From IMG/VR virus record IMGVR_UViG_3300020045_011216, positions 1 through 51,182 of that record: a DNA stretch of 51,182 nt, one strand, 5' to 3'. This DNA is from a virus. Its lineage: Duplodnaviria; Caudoviricetes. Position 1 is the stretch's first letter. Each line of letters begins with the position of its first letter. Both the position numbers and the translations under genes were made by a program. Under the pieces are notes generated by a model. It saw only the letters and a list, made by a program, of their open reading frames with translations, made no database searches and was not told where the DNA came from. Positions 18,521 to 27,646 of the stretch are shown here, in pieces.

Positions 18521-19690
18521 ATGCTCAAATACACACCTCACTTTCTTCCTTCGGCAATCTACCTTGTCGGCTGTGGAGGTACAGGATCTCGCCTTGTCCC
18601 TATGATGACTCAACTTGTTCGCACAGTTCTTCGTGAGTTCAATCCTGCGGGCTGGATGACTGAACTTCCTATTTTCCTGATCGATGATGATGTTGTGGAA
18701 GAGAAAAATCTTCTACGTCAAAACTTCATTTCCCAAGATGTTGGCAAGAGCAAGGCTGTTGTATTAGCTGAGCGTTACCAGCGTGCGATGGGTATTCCGA
18801 TCCACCCCATCGTGAAAAGACTGAACAGTTACGATAGTATAACGAGTATTGCCGACAATGCTGTATCCTACTCGAAATGCCCCCCTGCTAACAATATCAT
18901 TCTAATCATGGCAGTAGACTCTCCGCAAGCTCGGCGAGAGATCCTCCACGTGTTCTTTAAGACGCGTGCCAATGATGTGTTCGTGATCGATGCAGGTAAT
19001 GAGGATAATTTCGGCCAAGTCAAGTTCTTCACGAATACGGTGATAAGCTTTAGGAGCCCTCATATGATATCTGATAACGAATACGCTGCTAGGATTAGGG
19101 ATATCAAGGCAGCTATGCCTAAGATGACTCCGGAACCGATGCCTGTGAACTATATCCCCTATAGCCCTTCTTACTATGATAATCTGGGTACTACAGTAGC
19201 TGAGAGAAGTTGTGCGGACCTAGATCAGACACTGGCAATCAACGCATTGATGGCAACGATCATGTGCGGTGTGTTGCAAAACTTCTTGTACATCAAGCCA
19301 TTTATGTACAATCAGATCAACTACAGTTTGAATGGCGCCGTTTCAACGGTATTTAACTCTGGTGCAAACTGGTTCTCTCAAGAGAATTTTGCAAAGGTAA
19401 ATTTTCGCAATGATAATGTAGTTTCCAAATACGCAACCTACTCTATTAGACCTCAGGAGTACACAAGTGACTATGAAACAAGCAGTACTTACAACGAGTT
19501 TGTACGTTACCTTGAATTCAACAAAGAAACCCTAGGACGAATGGGGTTAGATCTGTGTATGAAAACGGGGGAAGTTACTCCCAAGAAGGCGCCTGTAATA
19601 GAAGATATTCCAGTTGCAAGATCACCTAAAAAGCGTCAAAAGAAGGTAGAGGCTGTTGTAATGGAGCATAACGAAGATATTGACTTCTAA
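18521..19690 (+). CDS. E1-like ThiF family adenylyltransferase (PRTRC ThiF-like)
   Basis: 'LVGCGGTGS', 'DDDVVEEKNLLRQNF...GKSKA', 'IDAGNE', 'RSCAD' Cys; AGGA RBS before ATG 18521. Confidence 0.9.
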   Translation: MLKYTPHFLPSAIYLVGCGGTGSRLVPMMTQLVRTVLREFNPAGWMTELPIFLIDDDVVEEKNLLRQNFISQDVGKSKAVVLAERYQRAMGIPIHPIVKRLNSYDSITSIADNAVSYSKCPPANNIILIMAVDSPQARREILHVFFKTRANDVFVIDAGNEDNFGQVKFFTNTVISFRSPHMISDNEYAARIRDIKAAMPKMTPEPMPVNYIPYSPSYYDNLGTTVAERSCADLDQTLAINALMATIMCGVLQNFLYIKPFMYNQINYSLNGAVSTVFNSGANWFSQENFAKVNFRNDNVVSKYATYSIRPQEYTSDYETSSTYNEFVRYLEFNKETLGRMGLDLCMKTGEVTPKKAPVIEDIPVARSPKKRQKKVEAVVMEHNEDIDF

Positions 19691-19692
19691 TT

Positions 19693-19721
19693 AAAAAGCC
19701 CAGTCAGACTGGGCTTTTTTT
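19693..19721. terminator. Bidirectional intrinsic terminator
   Basis: AAAAAGCCCAGTC-a-GACTGGGCTTTTTTT between convergent genes. Confidence 0.9.
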
Positions 19722-19724
19722 AGA

Positions 19725-20123
19725 TTAAACGACTCGTTCTCGGCTACTAGAGTCTAGACCGTCCACAACGTTGAATGTTGCTAATGCGGACCCGTCTTGG
19801 CGTAGGAGGGACAACACACCAGTCCCTTTGTTCCATGACCAGGATCCGAGGGATTCGTCCTCAATGTTCTTCAGATAATCGTAGATGGACTTAGTAGAAA
19901 CCTTGATGCGTTCCTGGATCACCCCGAAAGCAAACAAGGACCAATTCCCAGTTGCGTTAGGAGTGAACGAAATAGACCAAACGGGGGTGGTACCAATTTG
20001 AACGACAGATACCACTTGTGCGGAAAGCGCCCCGTTCAGATAAACTGCAGCGTCTGTAAGTGAGCCTGTAGAAGGATTCACAACGACGGTAGTAATGGGA
20101 GTGTTAATTGCGGATTCTAGCAT
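19725..20123 (-). CDS. Hypothetical beta-rich virion protein
   Basis: 132-aa ORF at the end of a late operon. Confidence 0.55.
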   Translation of the reverse strand: MLESAINTPITTVVVNPSTGSLTDAAVYLNGALSAQVVSVVQIGTTPVWSISFTPNATGNWSLFAFGVIQERIKVSTKSIYDYLKNIEDESLGSWSWNKGTGVLSLLRQDGSALATFNVVDGLDSSSRERVV

Positions 20124-20132
20124 GATCTTAGT

Positions 20133-20690
20133 TTAGTGCTCGGAGTTCTTCCAAGCATCATCCATGTGACGGACATACCCGATGCATGCAATCCGCTTTT
20201 TTTCAATGTCTTCTGGTGTTTGACCGGGATGCAAAGTATCTGGAGAAACAAAGTCGAATACAGGAGGAGCAATAGAATAACCCTCTTCTTTTAATATGTA
20301 TCCTACCACACTCTTCAATTCAAATCCAGGCTCCCACTTTTGATCTGTCAGGCTTGCAATTCTTTTTAGCTCAGTGATAGTCCAAGCAAGTTCTAGGCTT
20401 GTAGGTAGCAGGATGTGCTCGAAGTCAGCTGGCTGATTGTTAATAACAGAAGTGGCCCAGATTAAAAACTCAGGAAGAGCTAGGAAGTTATTAATGTTCT
20501 CATTAAGAACCTGTAGGACCAATACCTTCTCTCTAAGAATAGGATCTACCGGCTCGTTAGGACCGTGGTCGTCCTGCAGGCTAAGAAGAATAGTCTCCGG
20601 CTCCCACTTGACCCAATCCTTGCCGTGCTCGGCAAAGCGGGTATCAAAGAAGGTTTGCAGGTATGAAAGAGGTGCGCCCGGGTGCAGCAT
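20133..20690 (-). CDS. Hypothetical protein
   Basis: 185 aa, TGATG coupling with the upstream gene. Confidence 0.65.
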   Translation of the reverse strand: MLHPGAPLSYLQTFFDTRFAEHGKDWVKWEPETILLSLQDDHGPNEPVDPILREKVLVLQVLNENINNFLALPEFLIWATSVINNQPADFEHILLPTSLELAWTITELKRIASLTDQKWEPGFELKSVVGYILKEEGYSIAPPVFDFVSPDTLHPGQTPEDIEKKRIACIGYVRHMDDAWKNSEH

Positions 20691-21574
20691 CAGGTATTTT
20701 TAATTAATGTCAGAAGAACTTGCTGAAGGTCTAAAGGTAGAGTTTCTACAACAGCCTTTGCATTGGCAGGATCAGCCTTTAACTCTTTAGAGAAATCAGG
20801 CCCGATATAATGGGATAGGTTACTGTCAGAAATGCGTAGGAGGGTTTCTAAGGGAAACTCTTCTTTGCCTACGCGAACGCGGATACTACCAGTGATAGCA
20901 GATTGTTTTACAAGAAGGGCTTCTTTGTAGAAGTCAAAACCCTTTAAGTGAAGATTCGCAGACTTGTCAAGACCCGTGATAGTCTTACAAAGGTCTTGTA
21001 CTGTATGAGTAGGGAACGAAGTTCGTTCACCGATTGCTGCTGCCAGCTTGACGAAGACTGGATTCTTGGTTGCCTGGAATCGAGCGGTGAGTGCATTAAC
21101 TGCAGCTTCCTTGGATAGGAATGCGTGGCCAGAATAGCGAGCTACGTCCTCGGAAGGAGTTTCTCCGAGCTGAATAGCTTCGTCATATAAGGCGCTTGAG
21201 GTCTTACACAGAGCTTCTGGATCGTTCCAGCCAGAACGCTCACCTTCAAACGAAGCTTGCTTGGTTAGATATGCGGCTTGACGGTTAATACCCGAAGCCA
21301 CTTTCGTGAAAAGATTGCGTTGAGCTAGCTTCTCCTTGAATTGGTTGAACTCAGTTCGGATGCCATAAGTATCGACAGCAGCCGCCACCTTTTCCATGAC
21401 CCAAGGGTCTACACTTTGATGACTTACGTGTTCGTGATATGCGATGCACAAGGCTGAAGCCATGCAGGCATCTCTATCGTCCAAAGGATAGTCTTTCTCG
21501 ACTGAAGCCCTCTTTACGAAAGGCATTGCCTCAGGGACTAGTTCTAGTACGGATTTAAGAGTGTAGGCAATCAT
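20690..21574 (-). CDS. Hypothetical head-associated protein with repeated K-x-A motifs
   Basis: KRAS, KVAA, KVAS, KQAS, KLAA, KSAN. Confidence 0.55.
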   Translation of the reverse strand: MIAYTLKSVLELVPEAMPFVKRASVEKDYPLDDRDACMASALCIAYHEHVSHQSVDPWVMEKVAAAVDTYGIRTEFNQFKEKLAQRNLFTKVASGINRQAAYLTKQASFEGERSGWNDPEALCKTSSALYDEAIQLGETPSEDVARYSGHAFLSKEAAVNALTARFQATKNPVFVKLAAAIGERTSFPTHTVQDLCKTITGLDKSANLHLKGFDFYKEALLVKQSAITGSIRVRVGKEEFPLETLLRISDSNLSHYIGPDFSKELKADPANAKAVVETLPLDLQQVLLTLIKNT

Positions 21575-21577
21575 AGG

Positions 21578-22210
21578 TTAAGTAGGTGTGTCGTGGTAAC
21601 GGTACGAATTTTCGAAGTCACTCTGGAGTCTTTCTCTCATGGCGCCTCCACTGACTTGCCCATTAATTACGTTGATGATTTTAGCGGCAAGGTCTCTACG
21701 AGGTGCGGATACTTGAGAATATAGATGCGACGCTGCAAGTGCGCCAAGAGCATTTTCGTTCGTAGGTGTTTTTGCAGTAAGCTCAAGTTCTTTTCGAACA
21801 GCTTTGCGAGAAGCAACTGAATCGTCTGTCCCGAGTCGACCTGAGATGTATCCGGCCGCTCCTCCAATAGCCAGGGCAGTCCCGCCCATGAAAGCTAATG
21901 ACTTGTTGCGATTCATTGTATTAGAAAATGCAGGATTGCGCATGACTGCGCCGACTACTCCTGCTGCAGCAGAACCTGCAAGGATTGAACTGCCCAAAGC
22001 GTTTTGCCAAATGAGGCGCTTTTCCGGCTTAGTCAAAGTTTTCGAAGTTCCAGCTAGGATTCTATCCGCATTCTTTTTAATAGCTTCAACCTGGTCTTCA
22101 ACAGGGAGCTTTCTAAAGATAGGGTCGCCCAGAACATAGCTCATGTCTACGCCTTTCCTGGCGTAAAAAGAGATGAGGCTGTTTAGGATCTGCTCGTTCG
22201 AGAAACTCAT
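21578..22210 (-). CDS. Hypothetical protein with two Gly/Ala hydrophobic segments (possible internal/ejected protein)
   Basis: 210 aa; late motif immediately upstream. Confidence 0.55.
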   Translation of the reverse strand: MSFSNEQILNSLISFYARKGVDMSYVLGDPIFRKLPVEDQVEAIKKNADRILAGTSKTLTKPEKRLIWQNALGSSILAGSAAAGVVGAVMRNPAFSNTMNRNKSLAFMGGTALAIGGAAGYISGRLGTDDSVASRKAVRKELELTAKTPTNENALGALAASHLYSQVSAPRRDLAAKIINVINGQVSGGAMRERLQSDFENSYRYHDTPT

Positions 22211-22213
22211 AGT

Positions 22214-22825
22214 CTAGATTTTAGCCGGAGAACGGATGAACTCATCAAAAACAGAGATTGCATCAAAGCTTACTTTAGGCTGGTTATAGATGTCGAGTGT
22301 TATCGTGGAAATTAAACGGTCTTCGTGAAGACCTGAGCTTGGAATATATCGGTTCTCCAAGAACACGAATTCCCACGTCTTGGTTAAAGAAAAGGTACAA
22401 ATGGCCAGGACATCGAATTCACCTCGCATAAGACAAGTCGTGCGCTCGTGCGTGTCTGGTATTTTACCCGCACCCGTCTTCTTCAGGTTAACCCGACCAA
22501 TCCATGAATCATTCAGGAGATCTTGCCGGAGATCGTTTGACGATAGGCTTTTGGCCTCTACGGTCAATGTATGATTCAAGTATGTCACTAGGAAATCACC
22601 CTTACGAGAATCTCTGTCAGGGATCTTTTCTACCTTTGATATACCATGGAGGCTCTCTAGGTGCCGCTTTAGAAACAGCTCTGCGATGTACCCATGAAGG
22701 TAGCCTCGTAGAGAAGGGTTCTGCTCTGCGAGTTCTTCGATGTCTTGGATGCAGACCCCGGAGAGGACTTCTTTCCCTGTTAATGCCATGTTGGGAGTAG
22801 TATAGTCGGAAGAAGGTGCGTCCAT
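22214..22825 (-). CDS. PD-(D/E)xK restriction endonuclease-like protein
   Basis: 'GYIAE...KGDFLV...TVEAKS' catalytic pattern. Confidence 0.65.
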   Translation of the reverse strand: MDAPSSDYTTPNMALTGKEVLSGVCIQDIEELAEQNPSLRGYLHGYIAELFLKRHLESLHGISKVEKIPDRDSRKGDFLVTYLNHTLTVEAKSLSSNDLRQDLLNDSWIGRVNLKKTGAGKIPDTHERTTCLMRGEFDVLAICTFSLTKTWEFVFLENRYIPSSGLHEDRLISTITLDIYNQPKVSFDAISVFDEFIRSPAKI

Positions 22826-22919
22826 AGGTCGTGGATGGAAGAATTATGAAGCTCGTATTCTATCACAGAGAGATAATGCTTAGGAAGTATTTAACTGTTT
22901 TATTCAAGTACTAACGAAC

Positions 22920-23015
22920 CCTCTTGAAGGCCTCTGGAAGGCGCTAGGAGCGATTTAAACGGGTCTTGGCTACACTACCTTACCCTATCGCTTTAAACGC
23001 CTTAAAACGCTTCCT
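22920..23015 (+). repeat. Degenerate internal copy of the inner part of the terminal repeat
   Basis: CCTCT.GAAGGCCTCTGGAAGGC...TGGCTACACT...CTTAAAACGCTTCCT aligns with 321-410 and with the right-end flank. Confidence 0.8.
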
Positions 23016-23042
23016 GATTGATTCCAATTTACAACTCGTTTT

Positions 23043-23060
23043 TGGTATAAGAATAGTACA
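23043..23060 (+). promoter_or_regulatory. Conserved promoter motif, copy 2
   Basis: TGGTATAAGAATAGTACA, identical to copy 1. Confidence 0.8.
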
Positions 23061-23100
23061 GATATCCATAACTGTTGTCAACCCTTAAATTGGAATTATC

Positions 23101-23403
23101 ATGCTCAACTTCTTCTCCTCCAAGAAATTCATCTGGATTCTTCTGGTTCTCTCCTGGATCGGATTCACTATGCGCATGGTTCAAACCGAAGGTGCGCTCT
23201 ACGCGACGACGGTAGGGCAAGCCGAGTCTGTTTGCGAGCTTCGCGGCGGAATGGCTACAGTCGATTTCAAAACTGCACCGAAACCTTTCTACAAGTCAGT
23301 CAAGTATGGCGTGTGCTACGACGGGACAAAGATCTTCCCCAACCCCGTCGAAGAGACTCAGATGGAAGAACTCGCAGCATATATCAAAGCCCAGAAATCC
23401 TAA
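23101..23403 (+). CDS. Membrane-anchored hypothetical protein
   Basis: N-terminal hydrophobic helix; GGA RBS. Confidence 0.65.
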   Translation: MLNFFSSKKFIWILLVLSWIGFTMRMVQTEGALYATTVGQAESVCELRGGMATVDFKTAPKPFYKSVKYGVCYDGTKIFPNPVEETQMEELAAYIKAQKS

Positions 23404-23419
23404 ACGAAAGAAATTAATC

Positions 23420-23644
23420 ATGGGTACCCTTAGTAAAGAATTCGCCGACAAGATCATCAACGGCACCGACTTCGTCGACGAGACGAAGTACCTCGTTCTC
23501 TACCAGAACATGTTCAACGGAGGAGACGCCTACGGACAAATCACGTGGCGAGAAGATCCTCTTCGCTACCACAACTCTCCTGCTTGCATGAATCCGAAGT
23601 TCATCTGGAAGCATCCGAAGGCGGAAGACTTTCCGAAAATCTAA
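23420..23644 (+). CDS. Hypothetical protein (74 aa)
   Basis: ATG at 23420 (MGTLSKEF...) within ORF 23306..23644. Confidence 0.55.
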   Translation: MGTLSKEFADKIINGTDFVDETKYLVLYQNMFNGGDAYGQITWREDPLRYHNSPACMNPKFIWKHPKAEDFPKI

Positions 23645-23686
23645 GATCAACCCCAGAGGCTCCTCGCCTCTTTTTTGCCAAACAAA

Positions 23687-24247
23687 ATGCAACCTACTAT
23701 TCTCACAGTCTCAGGCAATTACTTCGATTTCAACAATCCTGAAAACTCGGTCATTGACATCGTTGATATTGCTCACGCCCTTTCTAACATCTGCAGATTC
23801 ACTGGCCACGTACGAAATCACTTCTCCGTTGCCCAGCATTCTGTCATGGTTTCAAGGCTTGTTCCACCTAAGTTTGCACTGATGGGTCTGCTTCACGACG
23901 CAAGCGAGGCTTACCTAGGGGATGTTGCAAGTCCATTGAAGATGATGCTACCCGACTACAAATTGATTGAAGCTCGTGTTGAAAAGGCGGTGCTTAACCG
24001 ATTCGGCATGCCTGATAAACTAGACCCGTGCATCAAAGTCGCAGACTTGATTGCATTGGCTACGGAAAAGCGAGACTTGATGCCAGAGTCAAAGACAGAC
24101 TGGGAGATTCTTAAAGGAATCAAGCCATGTGAGGAAAAGATCCGGACCATGTACCCTATCACCGCATACAATCTTTTCCTTGACAGGTTCGACGAACTCA
24201 TGCATGATAGGGACCAAGAAAGACCTTACATTTATCATGGACCATAA
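23687..24247 (+). CDS. HD-superfamily phosphohydrolase (YfbR/YfdR-like 5'-deoxynucleotidase)
   Basis: 'DIAHALSNICRFTGH...SVAQHS...LLHDASEAYLGD...KVAD'. Confidence 0.88.
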   Translation: MQPTILTVSGNYFDFNNPENSVIDIVDIAHALSNICRFTGHVRNHFSVAQHSVMVSRLVPPKFALMGLLHDASEAYLGDVASPLKMMLPDYKLIEARVEKAVLNRFGMPDKLDPCIKVADLIALATEKRDLMPESKTDWEILKGIKPCEEKIRTMYPITAYNLFLDRFDELMHDRDQERPYIYHGP

Positions 24248-24374
24248 ACAAGCTGTTCAAATCGCACTCCAAGTTCTTGCTGTAAAAGTAGAAGCTCAAG
24301 CTTCTAGAGATCTCCGAAACTACTACGCTGAAGCTTGGAACAAGCTCTACGAGTACTTTCAAACCCTGCCTTAA
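24237..24374 (+). CDS. Small hypothetical protein (45 aa)
   Basis: ATG 24237 overlapping the HD gene stop. Confidence 0.4.
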   Translation: MDHKQAVQIALQVLAVKVEAQASRDLRNYYAEAWNKLYEYFQTLP

Positions 24375-24398
24375 ACATTTTCTGACTTTATTTATACT

Positions 24399-24665
24399 AT
24401 GCCAGCCATCAAAGACATTGATCTTACCGAATTCGAATCCTACGAATTCTCTTCGCCCAGTTCAGCCCCGAAGCCTGTCCGTCGAGACAAGGTTCGGTTC
24501 GGAAGGTCAAACACATACATCGTTGCTCAGCAAAAGGCCAACGCTCAAATCGAGCGGGAAACTGCTGGTCAGCGATTTGACCGCATGCAAGCAGAAGAGG
24601 CTGCTCGGATTGAGCAGAGCTTTTCCTACAAGCCCGACGAGGGCTATGCGGATCCTCGCAAATAA
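24399..24665 (+). CDS. Hypothetical protein
   Basis: 88-aa ORF in operon. Confidence 0.55.
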   Translation: MPAIKDIDLTEFESYEFSSPSSAPKPVRRDKVRFGRSNTYIVAQQKANAQIERETAGQRFDRMQAEEAARIEQSFSYKPDEGYADPRK

Positions 24666-24673
24666 GGAATATA

Positions 24674-25489
24674 ATGCCTTCAGCACCTAAGTTTTTACGT
24701 ATTGCAAGCGACCTTCATAATGAGTGGAGTCGAGCCCCTGTCGAGCACACCACGGTTCTTCCTCCTGACGAAAGGGACGCTTCTTCAGTCCTTATTCTTG
24801 CAGGTGACATCGGCTCAGGCCGCCCACTTGCAAAATTCTTAGCGGAGGTCTCCCATCGCTTTCATCGCGTCATCTACGTCCCTGGGAATCACGAGTACTA
24901 CGGAGGTCAAGGCTACGACCATACCAACCAAGCTTTAACTAAGCTTTTGGCGGACATCCCTAACCTAGACTTTTCCTGCGGTACGACGGGGTATGCGCAA
25001 TGGGCATCCTGGGGATTTGACATCATCTATACGACGATGTGGACGGATTGCGACAATGGTAACCCTCTGGCCGTTGATGCAATTCAGAAAGGTATGTGCG
25101 ATTTCCGAGCTATTCCGAATTTCTCCGCAGTAACCACGATTCGTCTCCACGAGAAAGCTAAGAAGGAGATCCAAGAGAACTTGGAGAAATCCTACTCTAA
25201 CGGCAGAAAAGCCGTCGTTGTCACTCACCATATCCCAAGTCACGAGTTAATTGCTGACAAGTGGAAAGCTCCCGGGTGGAACGAAATCAACGGAGGTTTT
25301 GCAGCTCACTGCGATGACCTTCTTGATAAGCCTTGGTCTCCTGCGTTGTGGGTATTCGGGCACACGCATGACAAGATCAATGCTACAATCGGAAATACGT
25401 TGTGTATGTCAAATCCAAAAGGGTACCCGACGGAATACACACTGTTTGAACCACTAGACTTTATCCACTTACAGGACTTACTGACGTGA
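24674..25489 (+). CDS. Calcineurin-like metallophosphoesterase
   Basis: 'SDLH', 'AGDI', 'GNHE', 'VTHH', 'GHTH' motifs. Confidence 0.92.
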   Translation: MPSAPKFLRIASDLHNEWSRAPVEHTTVLPPDERDASSVLILAGDIGSGRPLAKFLAEVSHRFHRVIYVPGNHEYYGGQGYDHTNQALTKLLADIPNLDFSCGTTGYAQWASWGFDIIYTTMWTDCDNGNPLAVDAIQKGMCDFRAIPNFSAVTTIRLHEKAKKEIQENLEKSYSNGRKAVVVTHHIPSHELIADKWKAPGWNEINGGFAAHCDDLLDKPWSPALWVFGHTHDKINATIGNTLCMSNPKGYPTEYTLFEPLDFIHLQDLLT

Positions 25490-25923
25490 AAACCAAACTC
25501 GCATCACTCCTTATTACAGTTTCTGCACTCTCCTTTGTGGCGACTTCTGTTTCTGCGGAAACGGCGCTCATAGACCTTCCTATCGTTGGGATCGGCTCCG
25601 CAAGCGTCATTGCGGAAATGCTTTCCGGCGACGACGAAGAACTTCAAGTTCGTGCCGCTTCCTACATTGCAGGAATCTTTGATACAAACTTTGGAACGTC
25701 TATTTGCCCGACGAAAGACACAACCATTCGGATCGTGCTTGGTTTGTCCCAGTTTGCGCTGATTAACGCCAAGCCAGGTGATCGTGCGGCACCTGTCATC
25801 AAGGACATCTTATCCCAAGCATTCCCTTGTGATAAGAAGAGCACTTTCAATCCTCCAGCTCGACAAGTAGAGCCTGCGCCTGCGACTCCTCCTAAGAAAG
25901 CAGTTGGCAAAGACTATACTTAA
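25486..25923 (+). CDS. Secreted Rap1a/Tai4-like immunity protein
   Basis: Signal peptide; 'YIAGIFD...ICP...AA...LSQAFPC' pattern. Confidence 0.65.
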   Translation: MKTKLASLLITVSALSFVATSVSAETALIDLPIVGIGSASVIAEMLSGDDEELQVRAASYIAGIFDTNFGTSICPTKDTTIRIVLGLSQFALINAKPGDRAAPVIKDILSQAFPCDKKSTFNPPARQVEPAPATPPKKAVGKDYT

Positions 25924-25924
25924 A

Positions 25925-26377
25925 ATGCCTATTCAAATCCCAAAACTAAGCAACACAATTTCCATGCAAAACAATCCTAAGACCAGCAAGAAGACCCGAT
26001 CGAAGCCTGTAGGTTCACTAGGTGCCTTCATCAGTCGAACCCCTGCAACCGACTACTTGAATGAACTTGGCACAAGCGGTACGGATCCCTCCGAAGAGAG
26101 TTCAGTTCTCCTCCTGATCTCTACTCACAAGGATATGCGGGAACAATACACCCGCCTTCTTGCGGAGCGCATGGAATTCAACGAAGACATTCAAGATCTG
26201 GAAGACGATCTTGACGCGATGCGCCAGCTCTACCAAGAAGCTGTCGATGAACTCACTGAGATCGACGAAGAGTATTATCAGCTCCCTAAGTGGTACCGCT
26301 GGCTCGTTGAAAAGATTGAATCTTTCCTTTCCAAGAAATTCAAAGGAAATCCTGACTATGAGCCCTACAAAGACTGA
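25925..26377 (+). CDS. Coiled-coil hypothetical protein (start uncertain)
   Basis: Acidic heptad region; ATG at 25925 or 25964. Confidence 0.55.
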   Translation: MPIQIPKLSNTISMQNNPKTSKKTRSKPVGSLGAFISRTPATDYLNELGTSGTDPSEESSVLLLISTHKDMREQYTRLLAERMEFNEDIQDLEDDLDAMRQLYQEAVDELTEIDEEYYQLPKWYRWLVEKIESFLSKKFKGNPDYEPYKD

Positions 26378-26558
26378 ACTTTCTCAGTCGAAAGAAGGGG
26401 TCTCTGACTCCTCTTTTTTGACTAAAGAGCAACGTGAGGCGAGGATTCAACGTAAGTTGGATATCTTTCGCCGGTATTCAGATAGTAGAAATGTCTATCA
26501 TTACCTAGAAGAGCCTGAAGATGTTCCAATTATTCACGAGTTTCCTGAGCGGAGTTAG
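26358..26558 (+). CDS. Small hypothetical protein
   Basis: ATG 26358 (MSPTKTEL...) bridges its neighbours. Confidence 0.4.
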   Translation: MSPTKTELSQSKEGVSDSSFLTKEQREARIQRKLDIFRRYSDSRNVYHYLEEPEDVPIIHEFPERS

Positions 26559-27042
26559 TGGGGGAGGTTTGTGGAAATGGGTAGCCCTTCTTGCGGCAGT
26601 GTTTTCCATCGTTGCAGCAAGCTCAGGGTTGACGTATTCCAAAACCAAGTCTTACTTTGTTCAACAAGGTGATTTCAAGGTTTCTGAGATAAAACTTGAA
26701 CTGGATCGTGTTCGAATGGAATTCCAGGAATACATTGCCTTGCAGAACAAGAAAGTTCACGACCTAGAAGTAGAGTCTGCAGCCCAAGCTCAAGCCGCTC
26801 AAACTCGAATCTCCGCCTATCGGTCTCAACTCTCTAAAGCGAAGTCCGACTACGAGAAACTCCTGGCTGAACGAAACGAAACTCCGGGGCAACTATCAAC
26901 TTCAGCAGTAGATACTATCAATGCTAAAACTTTCACTAACCTTGAGTCTGGCCCTGGCGTTATCAGCCTGCCAGCTTTGCCCGAAACCTCCTCAGCCGCC
27001 TCAAATTCCACCAGCAGTATCCAAGGCTCAGTTCAACATTGA
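26521..27042 (+). CDS. i-spanin (Rz-like)
   Basis: N-terminal TM helix plus long coiled coil; overlapped by a lipoprotein gene. Confidence 0.7.
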   Translation: MFQLFTSFLSGVSGGGLWKWVALLAAVFSIVAASSGLTYSKTKSYFVQQGDFKVSEIKLELDRVRMEFQEYIALQNKKVHDLEVESAAQAQAAQTRISAYRSQLSKAKSDYEKLLAERNETPGQLSTSAVDTINAKTFTNLESGPGVISLPALPETSSAASNSTSSIQGSVQH

Positions 27043-27199
27043 TAGGGCCTTGATGGAGCCATGCAAGCCCTTACTGAGCCTTTCATCTGGCAAGGAAAGT
27101 GACGTAGTAGATTGGGCCCTAAAGATTAAAGGTGACTACGTTGAGTGTAGCGAGAACCATAAAGCGCTGACTGAAACTTTAAAGAAAGAATTGAAATGA
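26921..27199 (+). CDS. o-spanin lipoprotein (Rz1-like)
   Basis: Lipobox 'LALSAC', Pro-rich stretch, 'LMEPC...YVEC'; 122-nt overlap with the i-spanin. Confidence 0.75.
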   Translation: MLKLSLTLSLALALSACQLCPKPPQPPQIPPAVSKAQFNIDRALMEPCKPLLSLSSGKESDVVDWALKIKGDYVECSENHKALTETLKKELK

Positions 27200-27504
27200 A
27201 AGACCCTAACTCTCCACCTGGTCAACTTGAGATCGACTTCGAAGAAAAGCGATTCTTGAAAATCGACGAAATTCCGTTGAACTCTTTTTGGGTTTCAACA
27301 AGTCTTCCTGGAAACGGGGGGTACTCTTCTGCAGTCAAAGTCGTAGATACGGAGACGTATAGGGACGTGCATGACGTTGTAGTACAGTATGTTCGCACTG
27401 ACGGAACAAGAGAGCCTCCTTACCTAATCGACGCCTTCAAGCTGCAATACAGGTACTTATTCTTGCCTAAGAATGCCAGGCCAGAATGGATGCACAGTGC
27501 TTAA
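27196..27504 (+). CDS. Hypothetical protein
   Basis: 102 aa, ATGA coupling. Confidence 0.6.
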   Translation: MKDPNSPPGQLEIDFEEKRFLKIDEIPLNSFWVSTSLPGNGGYSSAVKVVDTETYRDVHDVVVQYVRTDGTREPPYLIDAFKLQYRYLFLPKNARPEWMHSA

Positions 27505-27643
27505 GCCAAAGATCCGAAAGCTAGACTACGTCTGGCCTTTCCCCCAAAGCGTCGTTGGTCAAGTTCTATTCAAAAACGTTATCCCAAAAGAAAAAGCCGA
27601 GAAACAAGTCCCGGCTATCCCACTAGAAGATGCACCCTTCTGA
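27497..27643 (+). CDS. Small hypothetical protein (48 aa)
   Basis: GTG start overlapping the previous stop; fills the gap to the convergent gene. Confidence 0.35.
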   Translation: MLKPKIRKLDYVWPFPQSVVGQVLFKNVIPKEKAEKQVPAIPLEDAPF

Positions 27644-27646
27644 GTT

